From: Leucoraja erinacea
Taxonomy: Eukaryota
Length of the DNA: 64,000 nt
Assembly: GCF_028641065.1 (NCBI RefSeq)
Contig: NC_073401.1
Coordinates: 31,124,001-31,188,000, forward strand
Reading direction: 5' to 3'
Part shown: positions 47,775-61,780 of the stretch, in pieces
Layout: every line of letters begins with the position of its first letter
Numbering within the stretch: position 1 is the stretch's first letter
Notes under the pieces: model-generated
Told to the model about the DNA's origin: nothing
The model's input: only the letters and a program-made list of their open reading frames with translations
Databases searched by the model: none
Program-made: the position numbers and the translations under genes

Positions 47775-50700
47775 TCACGTTCCTGTCAGCTGCTTCTCAA
47801 AGTCTTCCTTGCTGATCTTGCCCTGCTTTAACTTCTTCAGTAATCTGGTGTCATTCAGCAGTTCATCGATATCGGCCTCATCATCAGACAGCTGCAACAA
47901 AGGGGAGTAAGATTCAAGTAACTGCTCCCCAAAACCCTGCCTCCAGGCAGGCAGTTACACTGTGGTTATTGGTGAATGAAAGTTTAAAATATAAACAAGT
48001 GAAGAATGCTGTGGTGGATGTCAGTGTTGAATTATGTTGTGCATTATGCCTTGTTAATTGTAACACTGTATGGTCAATTCATTTCACTGCATCTTATGGT
48101 GCGTGTGACAAATAGATTAGAACTTTGAACCTTGAAAGTCACAGCCGCCCAACACCAGCTACTGGGTCAAGGAAAGAGCGTTCACGTCGTGGCCCAGTCT
48201 CCACCAATCGTTCCACCGCCACGCACAAGAAGTGACAAGACACCATTGTATGCAGATGCCGAGAAGTGTGTTCAGTTCCTTGTGATGTGGACTCGATAAG
48301 AACACCAGCTATATCATGTTACTGAGCATGACGGAGTTGACACTTCAACAAGGTTGTTGAGGGAAGGAAGTGATTTAGTAATTGACCCAAACTGAGGACG
48401 GGATGGATTCTGTTACAGGCGGCAGCGGTGAGATGGAGGACAACACCTCCAATGCAAATTCCTGTCCAGATTATCTGCCTGCTCATCTCTTAAGAGTTTA
48501 AGTTTAAGAGAGTAGAATTGTGGATTTCTTTGCCACAGAAGGCTGAATGGGCCAAGTCTATGGATATGTTTAAGGCAGAGATAGATAAGATTCTTGATTA
48601 GTACGGGTATCAGGGGTTATGGGGAGAAGGCAGGAGAATGGGGTTAGGAGTGAGAGATAGATCAGCCACGATTGAATGGCGGAGTCGACTTGATGGGCCG
48701 AACGGCCTAATTCTGCTCCTATCACATGACCTTAGTATGCAACTGGGCAATGCAGTCCAGGAGTTAGAGTGTTTAAGAAGGAACTGCAGATGCTGGAAAA
48801 TCGGAGGTAGACTAAAATGCTGGAGAAACTCAGCGGGTGCAGCAGCATCTATGGAGCGAAGGAAATAGGCAACGTTTCGGGCCGAAACCCTTCTTCAGGG
48901 GTTAGAGTGCCATCTTTATCCACATTTCCCCCACGTTATAACTGTGTCAGCTGCCATAATACTCCTCGTGCTAAAGGAGATGTACATGGAAACATTTAGC
49001 ATCACAGGTCATCGAGAAAAATTCACATCACACTGGCCATTCAACCATGGGTCAAGTCTCTACATTAGTCAAAGAAAATACTGGTGCAACCACCCAGCCC
49101 ATCGCATCCTACACCAGCCTCCACCCCACCCCAGCCTCTGCCCATCCCACCCCCTGTCCACCCCTCCACTCTAGCCCATTTCTCTGCCTCAGAGGTCGGT
49201 TCTCTGGATACTTTCAAGAGAGAGCTAGGTAGAGCTCTTAAAGATAGCGGAGTCAGGGGATATGGGGAGAAAGCAGGAACGGGGTACTGATTGAGGTTGA
49301 TCAGCCATGATCACATTGAATGGCAGTGTTAGCTTGAGGGGCCAAATGGCCTACTCCTGCACCTATTGTCTATTGCCCATCCCACCACACCTTCCCCTTC
49401 GCAACCCACCTTCCTTTTGCTGGCCTGCTTTCTCTTCTTGTCTCTCTTGGTTTTCTGCTTTGACCAAGGCTTATTTTTCACAAATTTCTTTTTGGTTTCA
49501 TTTTGCTTCTCCAGCTTTTGTTGTGCCAACAACCTCTGCCTCTGTTTCTCCCTGTTCTTGTCTTTGTACCGGATAGAATTGGTGTCAATATCCTCGGGTG
49601 TAAAACCTGGGAAATCCTTTCCTCTCATCTCGGGCATCCTGGGCAGTTTAAGGAGAGCAAAGCCTCTGGCCAGTGCAGCAAAATCTAGATCTGGAGAAAC
49701 AAATCAATAGGTGAGGCTTCCTCAGGGCCGGTGTTTATCCAACGTCCAAAGCTGCAGAAATGGGGCTCACCTGGCGATCTCTGTCCTTCCAACTGGGATC
49801 ACAATGGAGGAACTAGACGGGAGAGGGAGCAACTGTAGACGGGTGTCTGAGTAACTGTAGACAGTGTCTTGAGTAACTAGACGGGAGAGGGAGCAACTGT
49901 AGACGGGTGTCTGAGTAACTAGACGAGTGTCTGAGTAACTAGACAGGTAACTGAGTAACTAGACGGTGGGCCTGAGCTGAGGGGAGAGCTGGCTGTCGAG
50001 GAGCCGGGAGAAACTAAAACGGGGCTTGAGGAATCATGGAGAAATATGCAACTGGTACATGGTGGTGGTCAAGACCAGGGGAGAGTGAATGAACGGCTGG
50101 GGGGGGCTGGGTGTCCAGTGGGGGGGGAATGACCGGCCGGGAGGGGGGAGAGGGCACTGAGTGACCAGTGGGGGGAGTGATCAGCAGGGGAGTGGCCGGG
50201 GGGGGAGGACAGAGTGACCGGTGGGGGCCCATGAAACACCAGCATTCCGCTTACCTTTCATGCGGAATATCAGGCTGCACTGGTGTTTTGCGTAGGACTG
50301 AATAAAAGACACAAAGGCCTTCATTCCTTTCTCAAAGATAGCACGGTCCGATACAGCCAACTTCTTCAGACTTGGCAACACGTCCACAGAATCCTTCAAC
50401 AGCTTCATCTGCTGCATTGGACACTACACAGACAACAAACCCCCTGAAATCAATTACAAACCTCCAGCAGCTTTGAGCAGTAACAGGAATGTTTACAGTT
50501 CTGGTAAATGCTGAGTGTTTATCAGTTGCTGCCCTAGGAGTGCGCGTACATTCATTTACACAACGGAGGCACGGTGGCGCAGCGGTAGAGTTGCTGCCTC
50601 ACAACGCCAGAGACGCGGGTTTGATCCTGACCACGGGTGCTGTCTGTACGGAGTTTGTACGTTCTCCCCGTGACCTGCGCGGGTTTTCTCCGAGATCTTC

Positions 50701-53700
50701 GGTTTCCTCCCACACTCCAAAGACGTACAGGTTTGTAGGTTAATTGGCTTGGTGTAAATGTAAAATTGTCCTCAGTGTGTGTAGGATAGTGTTAACGTGC
50801 AGGGATCGCTGGGCTGAAGGGTCTGTTACAAACACTGTATATACTAAAGTGAACTCACATCATGAAAACATCCTACTGGGCTTCATGCAAAGGGGGAGAA
50901 CTGTCTTTTGAAGATCAAAGACTTGCTCAATAGAATGAGTTTTATTACAGAATTACCACATGAGAGGAAGCATCTCTCCCTCCAGGCAAAGTTCTGGTGT
51001 TGACTCTTACCTCCCCCACTAACAGTCAGAAACACAAAGCCAGCACAGATGGTGGTAAAGGAAATCCGCTGCTCAACTGCAGAACTAGAGTGTAAGAGTG
51101 TCGGTCTCCCAATCTCTCTCTCCCCCAGTCTCTCTGTCTCTCACTCTCGTTACATGCTCCACGAGCTGCAGACCTGGCCATGATCATACTATACGGCCTC
51201 TACAGACGTACCTTCTGGTTGATGGAAAGGAAGTTGACGTAAGTCGCCTCCATGGGGAGCAGGAACACCAGGGCGTTGCCATGGTGACCAATGCGAGCAG
51301 TTCGTCCACAGCGATGGACAAAGGCACTACAAAACAAATCATGGTAAATCCTTTTCACACAGAGTTGTGAATCTGTCGAATTCTCTCCCTCAGAGGGCGG
51401 TGCAGGCCGGTTCTCCGGATGCTTTCAACAGAGAGTTAGATAGGGCTCTTAGGGATAGCGGAGTCAGGGGATATGGGGAGAAGGCAGGTACGGGCTACTG
51501 ATTGTGGATGATCAGCCATGATCATACTGAATGGCGGTGCTGGCTTGAACGGCCGAATGGCCTACTCCTGCACCTATTGTCTATTATTATCTATTAAGGT
51601 CTTCAAACACCTACAACACCAGGCCCCGGGGCCACTAAACTGCTGAAACTACAGGGTCATTGGGACTGACACTGTCACCATCCTGCAGATGCAACTCCAC
51701 ACCCACAGCCCACACTGGCACGGCCCACACCCACATAGTCCACAGTCAAACCCTCCTCAGACACCCATAGCCCACACTCCCATCACCAGGCAAGGGAGGA
51801 CCTTTGGTGTGGGGCAGTTCCCATGCTGTGAGGGTGCGTTGTTCCACAGCCGGTCCCCAATGGCCCACCCACGGCTGGTCCCCATCATACCTGGCGCTGC
51901 TGGGGGCATCGTACTGCAGCACCCAGTCCACCTCTGGAATGTCGATGCCGCGGGCCATGACGTCAGTGCAGACCAGGATGCCACTGGGAACAGACAGAGG
52001 GAAGAGTGGGTCAGCAGAGTCCTGTGTCCTACCCATGAGGCCCCTGGCTTCATGTGTTTCACAGCCATCTATACCAGCAGGGCACTCTCTGGCAGTGACC
52101 GATGTACCAGCAAGACATGGCTGCCACTGTCCCAGAGATTCACTACAGTGCACAGCTCCAGGGACCCAGGTTTGCCATAGAGTGCAGAGACGGTTCACCA
52201 GACTGATTCCTGGGATGTCAGGACTGTCTTATGAAGAAAGACTGGATAGACTTGGTTTATACTCTCTAGAATTTAGGAGATTGAGAGGGGATCTTATAGA
52301 AACTTACAAAATTCTTAAGGGGTTGGACAGGCTAGATGCAGGAAGATTGTTCCCGATGTTAGGGAAGTCCAGGACAAGGGGTCACAGCTTAAGGATAAGG
52401 GGGAAATCCTTTAAAACCGAGATAAGAACTTTTTTCACACAGAGAGTGGTGAATCTCTGGAACTCTCTGCCACAGAGGGTAGTTGAGGCCAGTTCATTGG
52501 CTATATTTAAGAGGGAGTTAGATGTGGCCCTTGTGGCTATGGGGATCAGGGGGTATGGAGAGAAGGCAGGTACGGGATACTGAGTTGGATGATCAGCCAT
52601 GATCATATTGAATGGCGGTGCAGGCTCGAAGGGCCGAATGGCCTACTCCTGCACCTAATTTCTATGTTTCTATGACCTGTGTTGTCCTTGTGGAGTTTGC
52701 ATGTTCTTCCTGTGACTGCTTGGGTTTCCTCTGGGTGATTCAGTTTCCTCCCAAGTCCTAAAGACGTGTGGGTTTGTAGGTTATTTGGCCCCCAGTGTGC
52801 GTGGAGTGGGAGAGTGCGGGGGTGTGGAGCGATGGTGGGGGGATGGGTAGTTTCCATGCTGTCTCTCTCTGTTCCTGACACAACATCCCAGCGCACATGG
52901 TCTCTGCTGCCTCACCGCACACCCATCCAATCACTTCAATTCCCATTGCTTGCTCCGAGTTTTATGAATTCTCTCTAACAAAGTGGCATTCAGCAGCTAA
53001 TAACGAGGACAGGTAAGTTCTCCACTGCAGCCATTGAGCCCTTTCCTGCCCCACTGTCAGCAAACTCCACTGACATCAGCGAACGATGGAAGAGCAGGAG
53101 TGTAGGCTTGCACCCGTCAACATGCCACAGCTTGGTGCCACCATGTCACCTCACCCCGGCCCACTCTCTGCCTAACCGCAGGGGATTGGCACATGGCCCC
53201 TTCCACCAAACCAGTACCTTTCCAGCTGCCGAAACTCCATGAAGATGTTTTGCCGTTTGTGCTTCATTTTGCCATGGATGCACATGATCTGCACATTCTT
53301 CACCAACTTGCCCAGGGTGTTCCCAAAATATTCCACGCAGGCACACGTACTGGAAGCAACAAGCAGCCCCGTTAAACATGGCCGCGAACGGTGGGCTCAA
53401 CTCCCCAAATAGACAGCAGCCCAACCTCGCAGAGTCACCCCCCCTCCTCAGTCACCCCCCCCCCCACAGTCACACCCCCTCAGTCACCCCCCCCTTCACA
53501 GTAACCCCTTCCTCAGTCACCCCCCCAGTCACACTCTCCTCAGTCCCCCACAGTCACCCCCCCCCCCCCCCACACATTAGTGAATAAATGGGTAACAGTC
53601 ACAACCTGGCTCAGTCCCCCCCCACACACAGTCACGCCCAAAACTAGATGAGAGACGGAGTGATCCATCTTCCAGGAGCGCACGTCCCGGCCCCTGGGCA

Positions 53701-56700
53701 CAAGGGGCTTTTCCTCAATCTACAGACGCCTGTAGTGAGCGGGCGGTGAAGCTGATGGGTACAGGCGGCCCTGTGTTGCCTGGTTACAGAGGCCCCATGA
53801 CCCCTGGATACAGAGGGGCCACGACCCCTGGGTACAGAGGGGCCATGACCCCTGGGTACAGAGTGGAACCAACAATCACCTGAAGAAGACCAGATGTTTC
53901 TGTTTCTTGTGCTGACGGAGGAAGGCAACTAACTGGTTAAACTTCTCATCAGCTCGACAGATCTGTAATGCAAAGAGCCCAAAGATTCAGAACAAAGCTC
54001 TCTCTCTCTCTCTCTCCCGCTGTACAGATGCTGCTTGGCCCGCTGATTATTACAACAACAGGCGTTGATATTGGTTTATTATTATAGTTGTGGCATCTCG
54101 GAGGTGCAGTGATGAAGCTAGTTTTAATCTAACCAGGCACATGATGCGTGTAAATGTACATCAAGGTTAGGCAAGAGGGAGAGCGGGACCTTATGCAGAA
54201 TATCCTTAGAGCTCCAGAGAAAGTGCAATTAAAGATAAAAGTGCAAGGCCACAATGAGGCAGATTGGAAGATTCATTAAAGGTGAGCGGTGGTGTGACCT
54301 ACAGTCCTGTAAATAGTGTTTGAGCAGTGCGGCCACACAGCCTGGGTGTACGGGGGGGGTCTGAGGGCAGACTCTCAGGGCATCCGTGTGGAGGATCATC
54401 ACCGCAACATGTCCTCGTGGCTCAGGAAGTCGAGGATCCAGTATCGGGGGGGGGAGTGCAGATTCCTAGATCCAGGGATGTGGAGATGAGTTTGGTTGGG
54501 ATTATGGTTTTGAAGGGGAATCTATTTAGTCCGACGTGGGTTATCTGGACACTGCAGGTATGAGTGTGGGAGCAGGAGATGGGACGGCCGTAGGACAAGA
54601 GAGATGGATGTGCGGAGTAAGGAGTGTGGAGTGAACGGGGGAGGGGGGTGGGAGTGCGGAGGGAATGGGTGTCATGGCCGCTCCAAACCAGAGGCCCTTC
54701 GGCCCGCTGGAGGTGTGTGATCTCACCGTGTAGTAGTTGTGCAGGCGGATCGGTGTCTTCTGTGTGCTCTCTGCCGCCAGCCCCTTCTCCTTGACTGTGA
54801 TACGGACTGGGTTACGCAGCCCTGCACGCACCAGCGACTCCACCTCGTCTGTCTGTGTGGCCGAGAACAGCCCCGTCCTCCGCTGCTTCGGCAGCAAGCC
54901 CAGGATGGTGTTCAAACTGCAGCCAGAGTGGGGACCTAGTCAGGGCCACATGACGCCAGGGGGACCCTGGCCACAGCTGGCAACACCGGGGCAGAGCTCA
55001 GTCACTGATCACCCCCTCCCCCCACCCCAACCGACCAGCGCTGTAGATCACGGTACTTACAACAGCAAGGACTGCAGTGAAATGTCACCGAATGTGTTAA
55101 GAAAGACACAGAGTGCTGGAGTAACTCAGCGGGTCAAGCAGCATCTCTGGAGAAAATGGATAGGTGACATTTCGGGTCAGGTGGGGAGAAAGCTGGAAAA
55201 CTGTGCTGGGTGCGGAATAAAGCCTGGCAAGTGATAGGTGGATACAGGTGAGGGCGGTTTGATGGGCCGAAGGTTGAACAAAGGCCAGAGATGACAAGGA
55301 GACAACAGAGAGAGGAGAAAGTTGTAAAGCCAGAGGGTGGAAGGGGGGCAGAGGGGAAGAGAGGGTGGGATGGTGGGCACTGGGGAGAGGGGTCAGCTAA
55401 CACCGAATAGTCATAGTGTTCTCTGCTTACTCCCCCAACATCCTCCACAGAAGCTGCCTGATTCACTGAGTTACTCCCGCAGCGGCCCTTCCCCGTGTCT
55501 CCCACACATTTACATTTGCAGCCTGTCCCACCCCCAACTGCCACCCTCCTCAGCAGCCTGTCCCCAGCTCCCCCAGCCTGCATCTCCAGCCCCCACCCTC
55601 CCACATTGCACCGTCCCCAACGCCCCACCCTCCCACACCACCCCATGCACCCTCGCCAGCGCCCCACCCCCACCTGGCCTCGAAGCCCAGGTCGAGCAGC
55701 CGGTCAGCCTCGTCCAGCACCAGCACGTCCAGGCTCCTCACACATCCGGCCAGCTCCACCCCGTCCGCTCGTCGCCTCAACATGTCCTCCAGACGGCCAG
55801 GAGTGCCCACCACGATGTTCCCTCTGTCCCAAACACACACATAGCTTCTCCTCAGTCACCGCTCAGTCACCACTGGGCCGGGTACCAGCCATTGCATTCC
55901 CCCCCGCGTCATAGATCGTGCCAGTGCCCCCCTCCCCCCCCCTACTGGTCCCAGGCCACGTGCAGCCAGGGGGTGGTCTAGTGGGGGCAGGGTGGAGGTG
56001 GGGAGGTTGGTGGAAGGGTGGGTCACCACAGAGTGGTCAGGGCCGGTGGTGGGGGGTAGGGGGGGGTGGGGAGGGGCAGTGGGTGGGGGCAGCCGGGGGG
56101 GGGGGGGGGGGAGGGGGTTGGTGGAGGGGCAGGTCTCCACAGAGTGGACTTGGCCCAGTGGGTGATGAGAGTGAGGGGATGGCAGAGCCAAAGGCCCAGG
56201 GTTGGAGCAGCCAATGGGCAGAGTGCCGGCTGCCTGGTAACCGGAGCATTGTAACTCAGAGCAGGAGTAATGCTGGCACTCGGAGCGAGTCAGTGAGTGA
56301 GCCTGTAGCCTGGCAAAGGGCAAGGCAGAGGCTGTAACCCACTAACTGGCCTAGAACCAGCGCTGGGAGCAACGTTCAATTGGCCAGAGGTCCACACTCA
56401 CCCATTCTTCCTGAAGTTCTCCACGTCTTCCATTGGATTCCTTCCCCCCACCAATTAAGAGAATCTGACTGAGAGCAGAACGCTGCTGATTAACTCCTTC
56501 ACCCACCGATGCCCCACACCATCACCCACCGATGCCCCACCCTAACCCACCGATGCCCCACACCCTAACCCTGCCCCACCCCTAACCCACCGATGCCCCA
56601 CACCCTAACCCACCCCTAACCCACCGATGCCCCACACCATCACCCACCGATGCCCCACACCCTAACCCACCGATGCCCCACACCTTCACCCACCGATGCC

Positions 56701-59561
56701 CCACACCCTAACCCACACAGCACTGGGCAGACCCAGGGAGCCCACAACACATAGACTCCTCCCCTCACTCACCTGAACTGTGGGAAGTGCACTGTGAACT
56801 GTCTGAACACCTCATCGATCTGGACAGCCAGCTCCCGGGTGGGAGTGATAATGAGAGCCCCAACCTGTATGTGCAAGGAGAAATGAGGAGAGTCACTCCC
56901 ACAAACTGAGCCCACAGAAGCACTGACATCTCTGGAGGGCAATTCATCAAATGAACTCCACCTCACTGAATTACTGCTGCATTCACAATTCACTGTAGGA
57001 TCTTTGTGCATTATTTAAAATGTAAGCAGAGGTCCATGCCAATGTATTTAGAGTGTTATAGAGTAAGGAAACAGGCCCTTCGGCCCAACTCGCCCACACC
57101 AGCCATTTGAAGGAATCTCTAACACACAGATCCAGCTGATCATATAATAAAGAATGCGGAGAGCAGGAAGACGGTCATAGAATCACAAGCACAGAAACAT
57201 TCCCAACGACCAGCCCATTGTTTCACTGATTAAAAATAAGCCTTGTACATGGTCCCAGGTAGGCACCGTGGAACTCCTCTGCTCTTCAGCACAGTCCCAT
57301 GGAACCTGACAGAGTAAAGTGGCCCCAGTGTGACTGCCCGGAAACCACAGTGCGGCACTCAGCGCCACCCTAGGGCAGGGACAAATCCACACTCTGTCAG
57401 TAATGTGAACGAGTCAAGCTTTAACCGTCCAGATTATTTCATGTTTATTTTACAACGATTAATCTCAATGCTCAGGAAATTTTAAACCATGCACAGAACA
57501 AACCTGCATTTTCTTTAACTTCTCCTCGCGCTTTAAAAGGATTTCCAAAGTTGGAATGACGAAAGCCAAGGTTTTCCCACTGCCGGTCACCTGCAGTACA
57601 TGAATGCATGAACCTTCAATCGGCAACAATCATTCAACAAAATCCAGAGAACGTGTTTAAGCCACCAGGTAAGTAACTTACCGCCTCTACTGCTACATCC
57701 TTGTTGTTCATAAACAGGGGAATGGTTGCAGACTGCAAGAAAATACAGGCAGATGGAGTCAAGTTCCCCTTTGAAAGGGCTGATTTAATCACTTTTTGTT
57801 TAAACCTTTTCCCACAACAGTTGAAATGTGTCTGCTTTGGTGAGTGAGAATTCTCCAGCTATTATTCAGCTGCTTGAGTAGTATATCCAAATAACTATCA
57901 GCGCGGTGAAGGGCTTTAGTTAAGATATTTTGATAAGTTGCCATTTATTGCGCATTAATAATAATTAGTGCTACAGTCAATGCAAACTAGATATTGGCTG
58001 GATCCAAGACCCAAACACCAACGGTACACAAAAATGCTACAGAAACTCAGCAGTTGCAGCAGCATCTATGGAGCGAAGAAATAGGCAACGTTTCATGCCG
58101 AAACATTGCCTATTTCCTTCGCTCCATAGATGCTGCTGCACCCGCTGAGTTTCGTCAGCATTTTTGTCTACCTTCGATTTTCCAGCATCTGCAGTTCCTT
58201 CTTAAACCCAAACATCAAAGTCAACCCTACTACAGCACCTGGTCCGATGCAAACACACTGACTCCAACCTATTCGAGGTGCCCACTGCTTCCACAGTAGT
58301 GGGTTGAAGAGTGACAAGAATAGTGGGGTGAGGAGGCAGGGCGATGGGTGCAAGTCAGGGGGAAGGGCACTCGGTGCTAGGACAAGGGTGAAGGGTCAGA
58401 GTGAGGGATCACTGGGAAGAAACTGTCCCTGAATCTGGAGGTGTGCGTTTTCACACTTCCATACCGGTTGCCGGTTGGGAGAGGGGAGAAGAGACAAGAG
58501 GTAGAAGTGTGAAAACGCACACCTCCAGATTCAGGGAGTTTCTTCCCAGCTGTTATCCGGCAACTGAATCATCCTACCACAACCAAACCAGAGAGCAGTT
58601 CTGAACTACTATCTACCTCACCGGTGACCCTCGGACTATCTTTGAACAGAATTTGCTGGCTTTACCTTGCACTAAACGTCATTCCCTTATCATGTATCCA
58701 TACACTGTGAATGGATCGATTGTAATCATGTATTGTCTTTCCGCTGACTGGTTAGCACGCAACAAAAGCCTTTCACTGTACCTCAGTATAATAAACTCAA
58801 CTGGAAGATCAGGGCGATGAGTACAGATGACAGGTGGGTGAAAGGTCAGGGGGAGTAATGACATTCTTGCCATAGAGGGAGTACAGAGGAGGTTCACCAG
58901 ACTGATTCCTGGGATGGCAGGACTTTCATATGAAGAAAGACTGGGTAGACTTGGCTTGTACTCACTAGAATTTAGAAAATTGAGGGGGGGATCTTATAGA
59001 AACTTACAAAATCCTTAAGGGGTTGGACAGGCTAGATGCAGGAAGATTGTTCCCGATGTTGTGGAAGTCCACAACAAGGGGTCACAGTTTAAGGATAAGG
59101 GGGAAGTCTTTTAGGACCGAGATGAGAAAAACATTTTTCACACAGAGAGTGGTGAATCTGGGAATTCTCTGCCACAGAAGGTAGTTGAGGCCACAGTTCA
59201 TTGGCTATGTTTAAGAGGGAGTTAGATGTGGCCCTTGTGGCTAAAGGGATCAGGGGGTATGGAGAGAAGGCAGGTACGGGATACTGAGTTGGATGATTAG
59301 CCATGATCATATTGAATGGCGGTGCCGGCTCGAAGGGCCTACTCCTGCACCTATTGTCTATGTTTCTCTGAAAGGTCGGGGGTAGTGGGTGGAGGGAAAG
59401 GGTCAGAGGTGGTTCCCCCCTCCCCCCCCCCCCCCGCCCGCCCGCCGACCCCGAGTGACCTGCACCGGCGTCATGTGAGTGAAGTTCAGCTCCCGCAGCG
59501 ACTCGAGGACCCGCGGGTGGAGCCCGAGCGGCAAACTCTCCCAGCCGCCGCAGTCCGCCAT
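47775..59561 (-). CDS. DDX55: ATP-dependent DEAD-box RNA helicase DDX55 (Spb4 orthologue), about 575 aa; apparent +1 frameshift in exon 5
   Basis: 14 exons on the minus strand: 59561-59460, 57732-57682, 57590-57504, 56864-56773, 56468-56402, 55823-55674, 54916-54727, 53962-53880, 53349-53218, 51983-51891, 51326-51212, 50423-50255, 49690-49410, 47891-47775. Motifs: [50 protein letters not shown], and a Lys-rich tail ending [17 protein letters not shown]. The exons total 1729 nt, one more than a multiple of 3. Confidence 0.95.
50567..50852 (+). mobile_element. tRNA-derived V-SINE (HE1-like)
   Basis: A box TGGCGCAGCGG, B box GGTTTGATCC, V-domain GGAGTTTGTACGTTCTCCCCGTGACCTGCG..GGTTTCCTCCCACA and a CR1-like tail. 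Confidence 0.85.
51350..51592 (+). mobile_element. CR1 LINE 3' end
   Basis: 3'UTR with CTATTGT tail. Confidence 0.8.
52172..52673 (+). mobile_element. CR1/HER1 LINE 3' portion (young)
   Basis: Open frame [48 protein letters not shown]...[10 protein letters not shown]. Confidence 0.92.
56501..56716. repeat. 23-bp minisatellite (CCCACCGATGCCCCACACCCTAA)n in DDX55 intron 4
   Basis: About 8-9 variable copies. Confidence 0.85.
58023..58207. mobile_element. Penelope-derived inverted-dimer insertion
   Basis: Same family and geometry as 39481-39664; flanking direct repeat CCCAAACAYCAA. Confidence 0.75.
58859..59367 (+). mobile_element. CR1/HER1 LINE 3' portion
   Basis: [18 protein letters not shown].. 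plus 3'UTR. Confidence 0.9.
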
Positions 59562-59715
59562 CTTCCCCACGCGTGCTTCCGGCCCGCCGCCTTCCCCTGG
59601 TCCGCCGCTCGCTTCCGGCCCGCCGCCGCCGCCGCCCCTAATCCTAGTCCGCCGCTCGGGCGTTCCGGGGAGCGAAGGCCCCGCCCCGTTCCACGCCCAC
59701 TCTCTATTGACCAAA
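59562..59715 (-). promoter_or_regulatory. DDX55 CpG-island promoter/5'UTR
   Basis: CpG-rich. Two GCTTCCGGCCC (ETS-like CCGGAAG) motifs near 59575 and 59611 and a GC box near 59680, immediately upstream of the ATG. Confidence 0.6.
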
Positions 59716-60765
59716 AAAAAGGGCCTTTCATATATATTTCTAGTTTAATGAATTTAGATTTAGTGATTTAAAACCCTCCAACACGGCTTGGTGTCTAACT
59801 CAGAAGAACTTAATTTGCTTCCACAACTTAATTCCCATTTATCAGGGGTTGCAGGCTGAAGATAAACGTGTGGCAACTACAATGCAGTAAAACCTGTTCC
59901 CACACAGCAGCAATTCACAAATAGCACAGCCTGGCGCCTTATAGGTCGGAACCTTAAGGGTAGGAGTAGATTGGGAGAGGGCAGAGGGCAAACTACAATA
60001 TTATCAAATAGGAGCGAGAAAATTTGGGAGCAGTTGTTTAGTTTAGAGATAGGGCAAGTCTACAATTAATTAAGTTTTGTGATATAATGTGGAAACATGC
60101 CCTTATGCCCACACTGTTTAAGAAAGAACTGCAGATGCTGGAAAAATCGAAGGTAGACAAAGAATGCTGGAGAAACTTACCTTAGGGTTTCGACCCAAAA
60201 CGTCACCTCTTCCTTCGCTCCATAGATGCTGCCTGACCCGCTGAGTTTCTCCAGTATTTTTGGTCTACCACCGAGTCCACACTGATCATCAATCACTAGT
60301 TATATATCCCATCCTACACACTCGGGACAATTTAACTCTTGAGCACACCCACGTACTTCTGTGCTGTCCCTAAAGTAAAGGGCCCCTTAGATGACCAGAG
60401 AGGTTGGAGTCAAAAAAGTAAGAACTTGGAAGATTAATCCAATTTCTTGGTATCATTTAAAAATAAATTGGATAGGCATATGGATGAGAAGGGAATGGAG
60501 GGTTATGGTACGAGTGCAGGCAGGTGGGACTAAGGGGAAAAAAATTTGTTCGGCATGGACTTGTAGGGCCGAGATGGCCTGTTTCCGTGCTGTAATTGTT
60601 ATATGGTTATATGGTAATCCAGACCAGGTCTTTGAGCTATATGAAAAAAGCATGGGAAAAAAAATCAAACCAGGTATAAGCCCACACAAAATATCAGTGG
60701 TGCTGAAGTTGAGATGGTCGAGATTCAAATTCGTATTCATATATACACACACACACACACATATA

Positions 60766-61648
60766 TAGACAATAGGTGCAGGAGTAGGCCATTCGGCCCT
60801 TCGAGCCAGAACTGCCATTCAATGTGATCATGGCCGATCATCCCCAATCAGTACCCCTTTCCTGCCTTCTCCCCAGATCCCCTGACTCCGCTATCTTTAA
60901 GAGCCCTATCTAGCCTTCTCTAGAAAGTATCCAGAGAACCAGCCTCCACTGCCCTCTGAGGCACAGAATTCCACAGACTCTCTGTGTGAAAAAGTGTTTC
61001 CTCATCTCCGTTCTAAATGGCTTACCCCTTATTCTTAAACTGTGGCCCCTGGTTCTGGACTCCCCCAACATCGGGAACACGTTTCCTGCCTCTAGTGTGT
61101 CCAAACCTCTAATAATCTTATATGTTTCAATGATCCCCTCTCATCTTTCTAAATTCCAGAGTATACAAGCCCAGCTGCTCCATTCTCTCAGCATATGAGT
61201 CCCGCCATCCCGGGAATTAACCTTGTGAACCTACGCTGCACTCCTTCAATAGCAAGAATGTCCTTCCTTAAATTTGGAGACCAAAACTGCACACAATACT
61301 CCAGGTGTGGTCTCACCAGGGCCCTGTACAACTGTAGAAGGACCTCGTTGTGCATATACTCAACTCCTCTTGTTATGAAGGGACAACATGCCATTCGCTT
61401 TCTTCACTGCCTGCTGTACCTGCATGCTTTGAGTGATCAAGGACCCCCAGATCCCGTTGCACTAACCCGTTTCCCAATTTGACACCATTTAGGTAATAAT
61501 CTGCCTTCCTGTTTTTGCAACCAAATTGGATAGCCTCACATTTATCCACATTAAACTGCATCTGCCCACTCACCCAACCTGTCCAAGTCACCCTGCATTC
61601 TCATAGCATCATCCTCACAGTTCACACTGTCACCCAGCTTTGTGTCAT
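60766..61648 (-). mobile_element. CR1/HER1 LINE 3' portion
   Basis: [60 protein letters not shown], frameshifted. Confidence 0.9.
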
Positions 61649-61780
61649 ACATATATACATACAATACATATATACATGTAGATATAAATACATACATATA
61701 GATACATACATAAATACATACATGCACATATATATATACATACATATGCATACATATATATACATACACACACACATACT
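61649..61780. repeat. (TA)/(TACA)-rich microsatellite
   Basis: Direct inspection. Confidence 0.85.

Noticed and set aside
50567-50640. tRNA-like sequence (also 62330-62403)
   Set aside because: A/B boxes are present but continue into V-SINE or CORE-SINE bodies; these are SINE heads, not tRNA genes.
51275-51288. Strong X-box match GTTGCCATGGTGAC
   Set aside because: Lies inside DDX55 coding exon 11 (GHHGN codons), far from any promoter; probably dictated by the protein sequence.
51804-52583. 259-aa plus-strand ORF
   Set aside because: A chimera of antisense DDX55 exon/intron sequence and a CR1 ORF2 tail.
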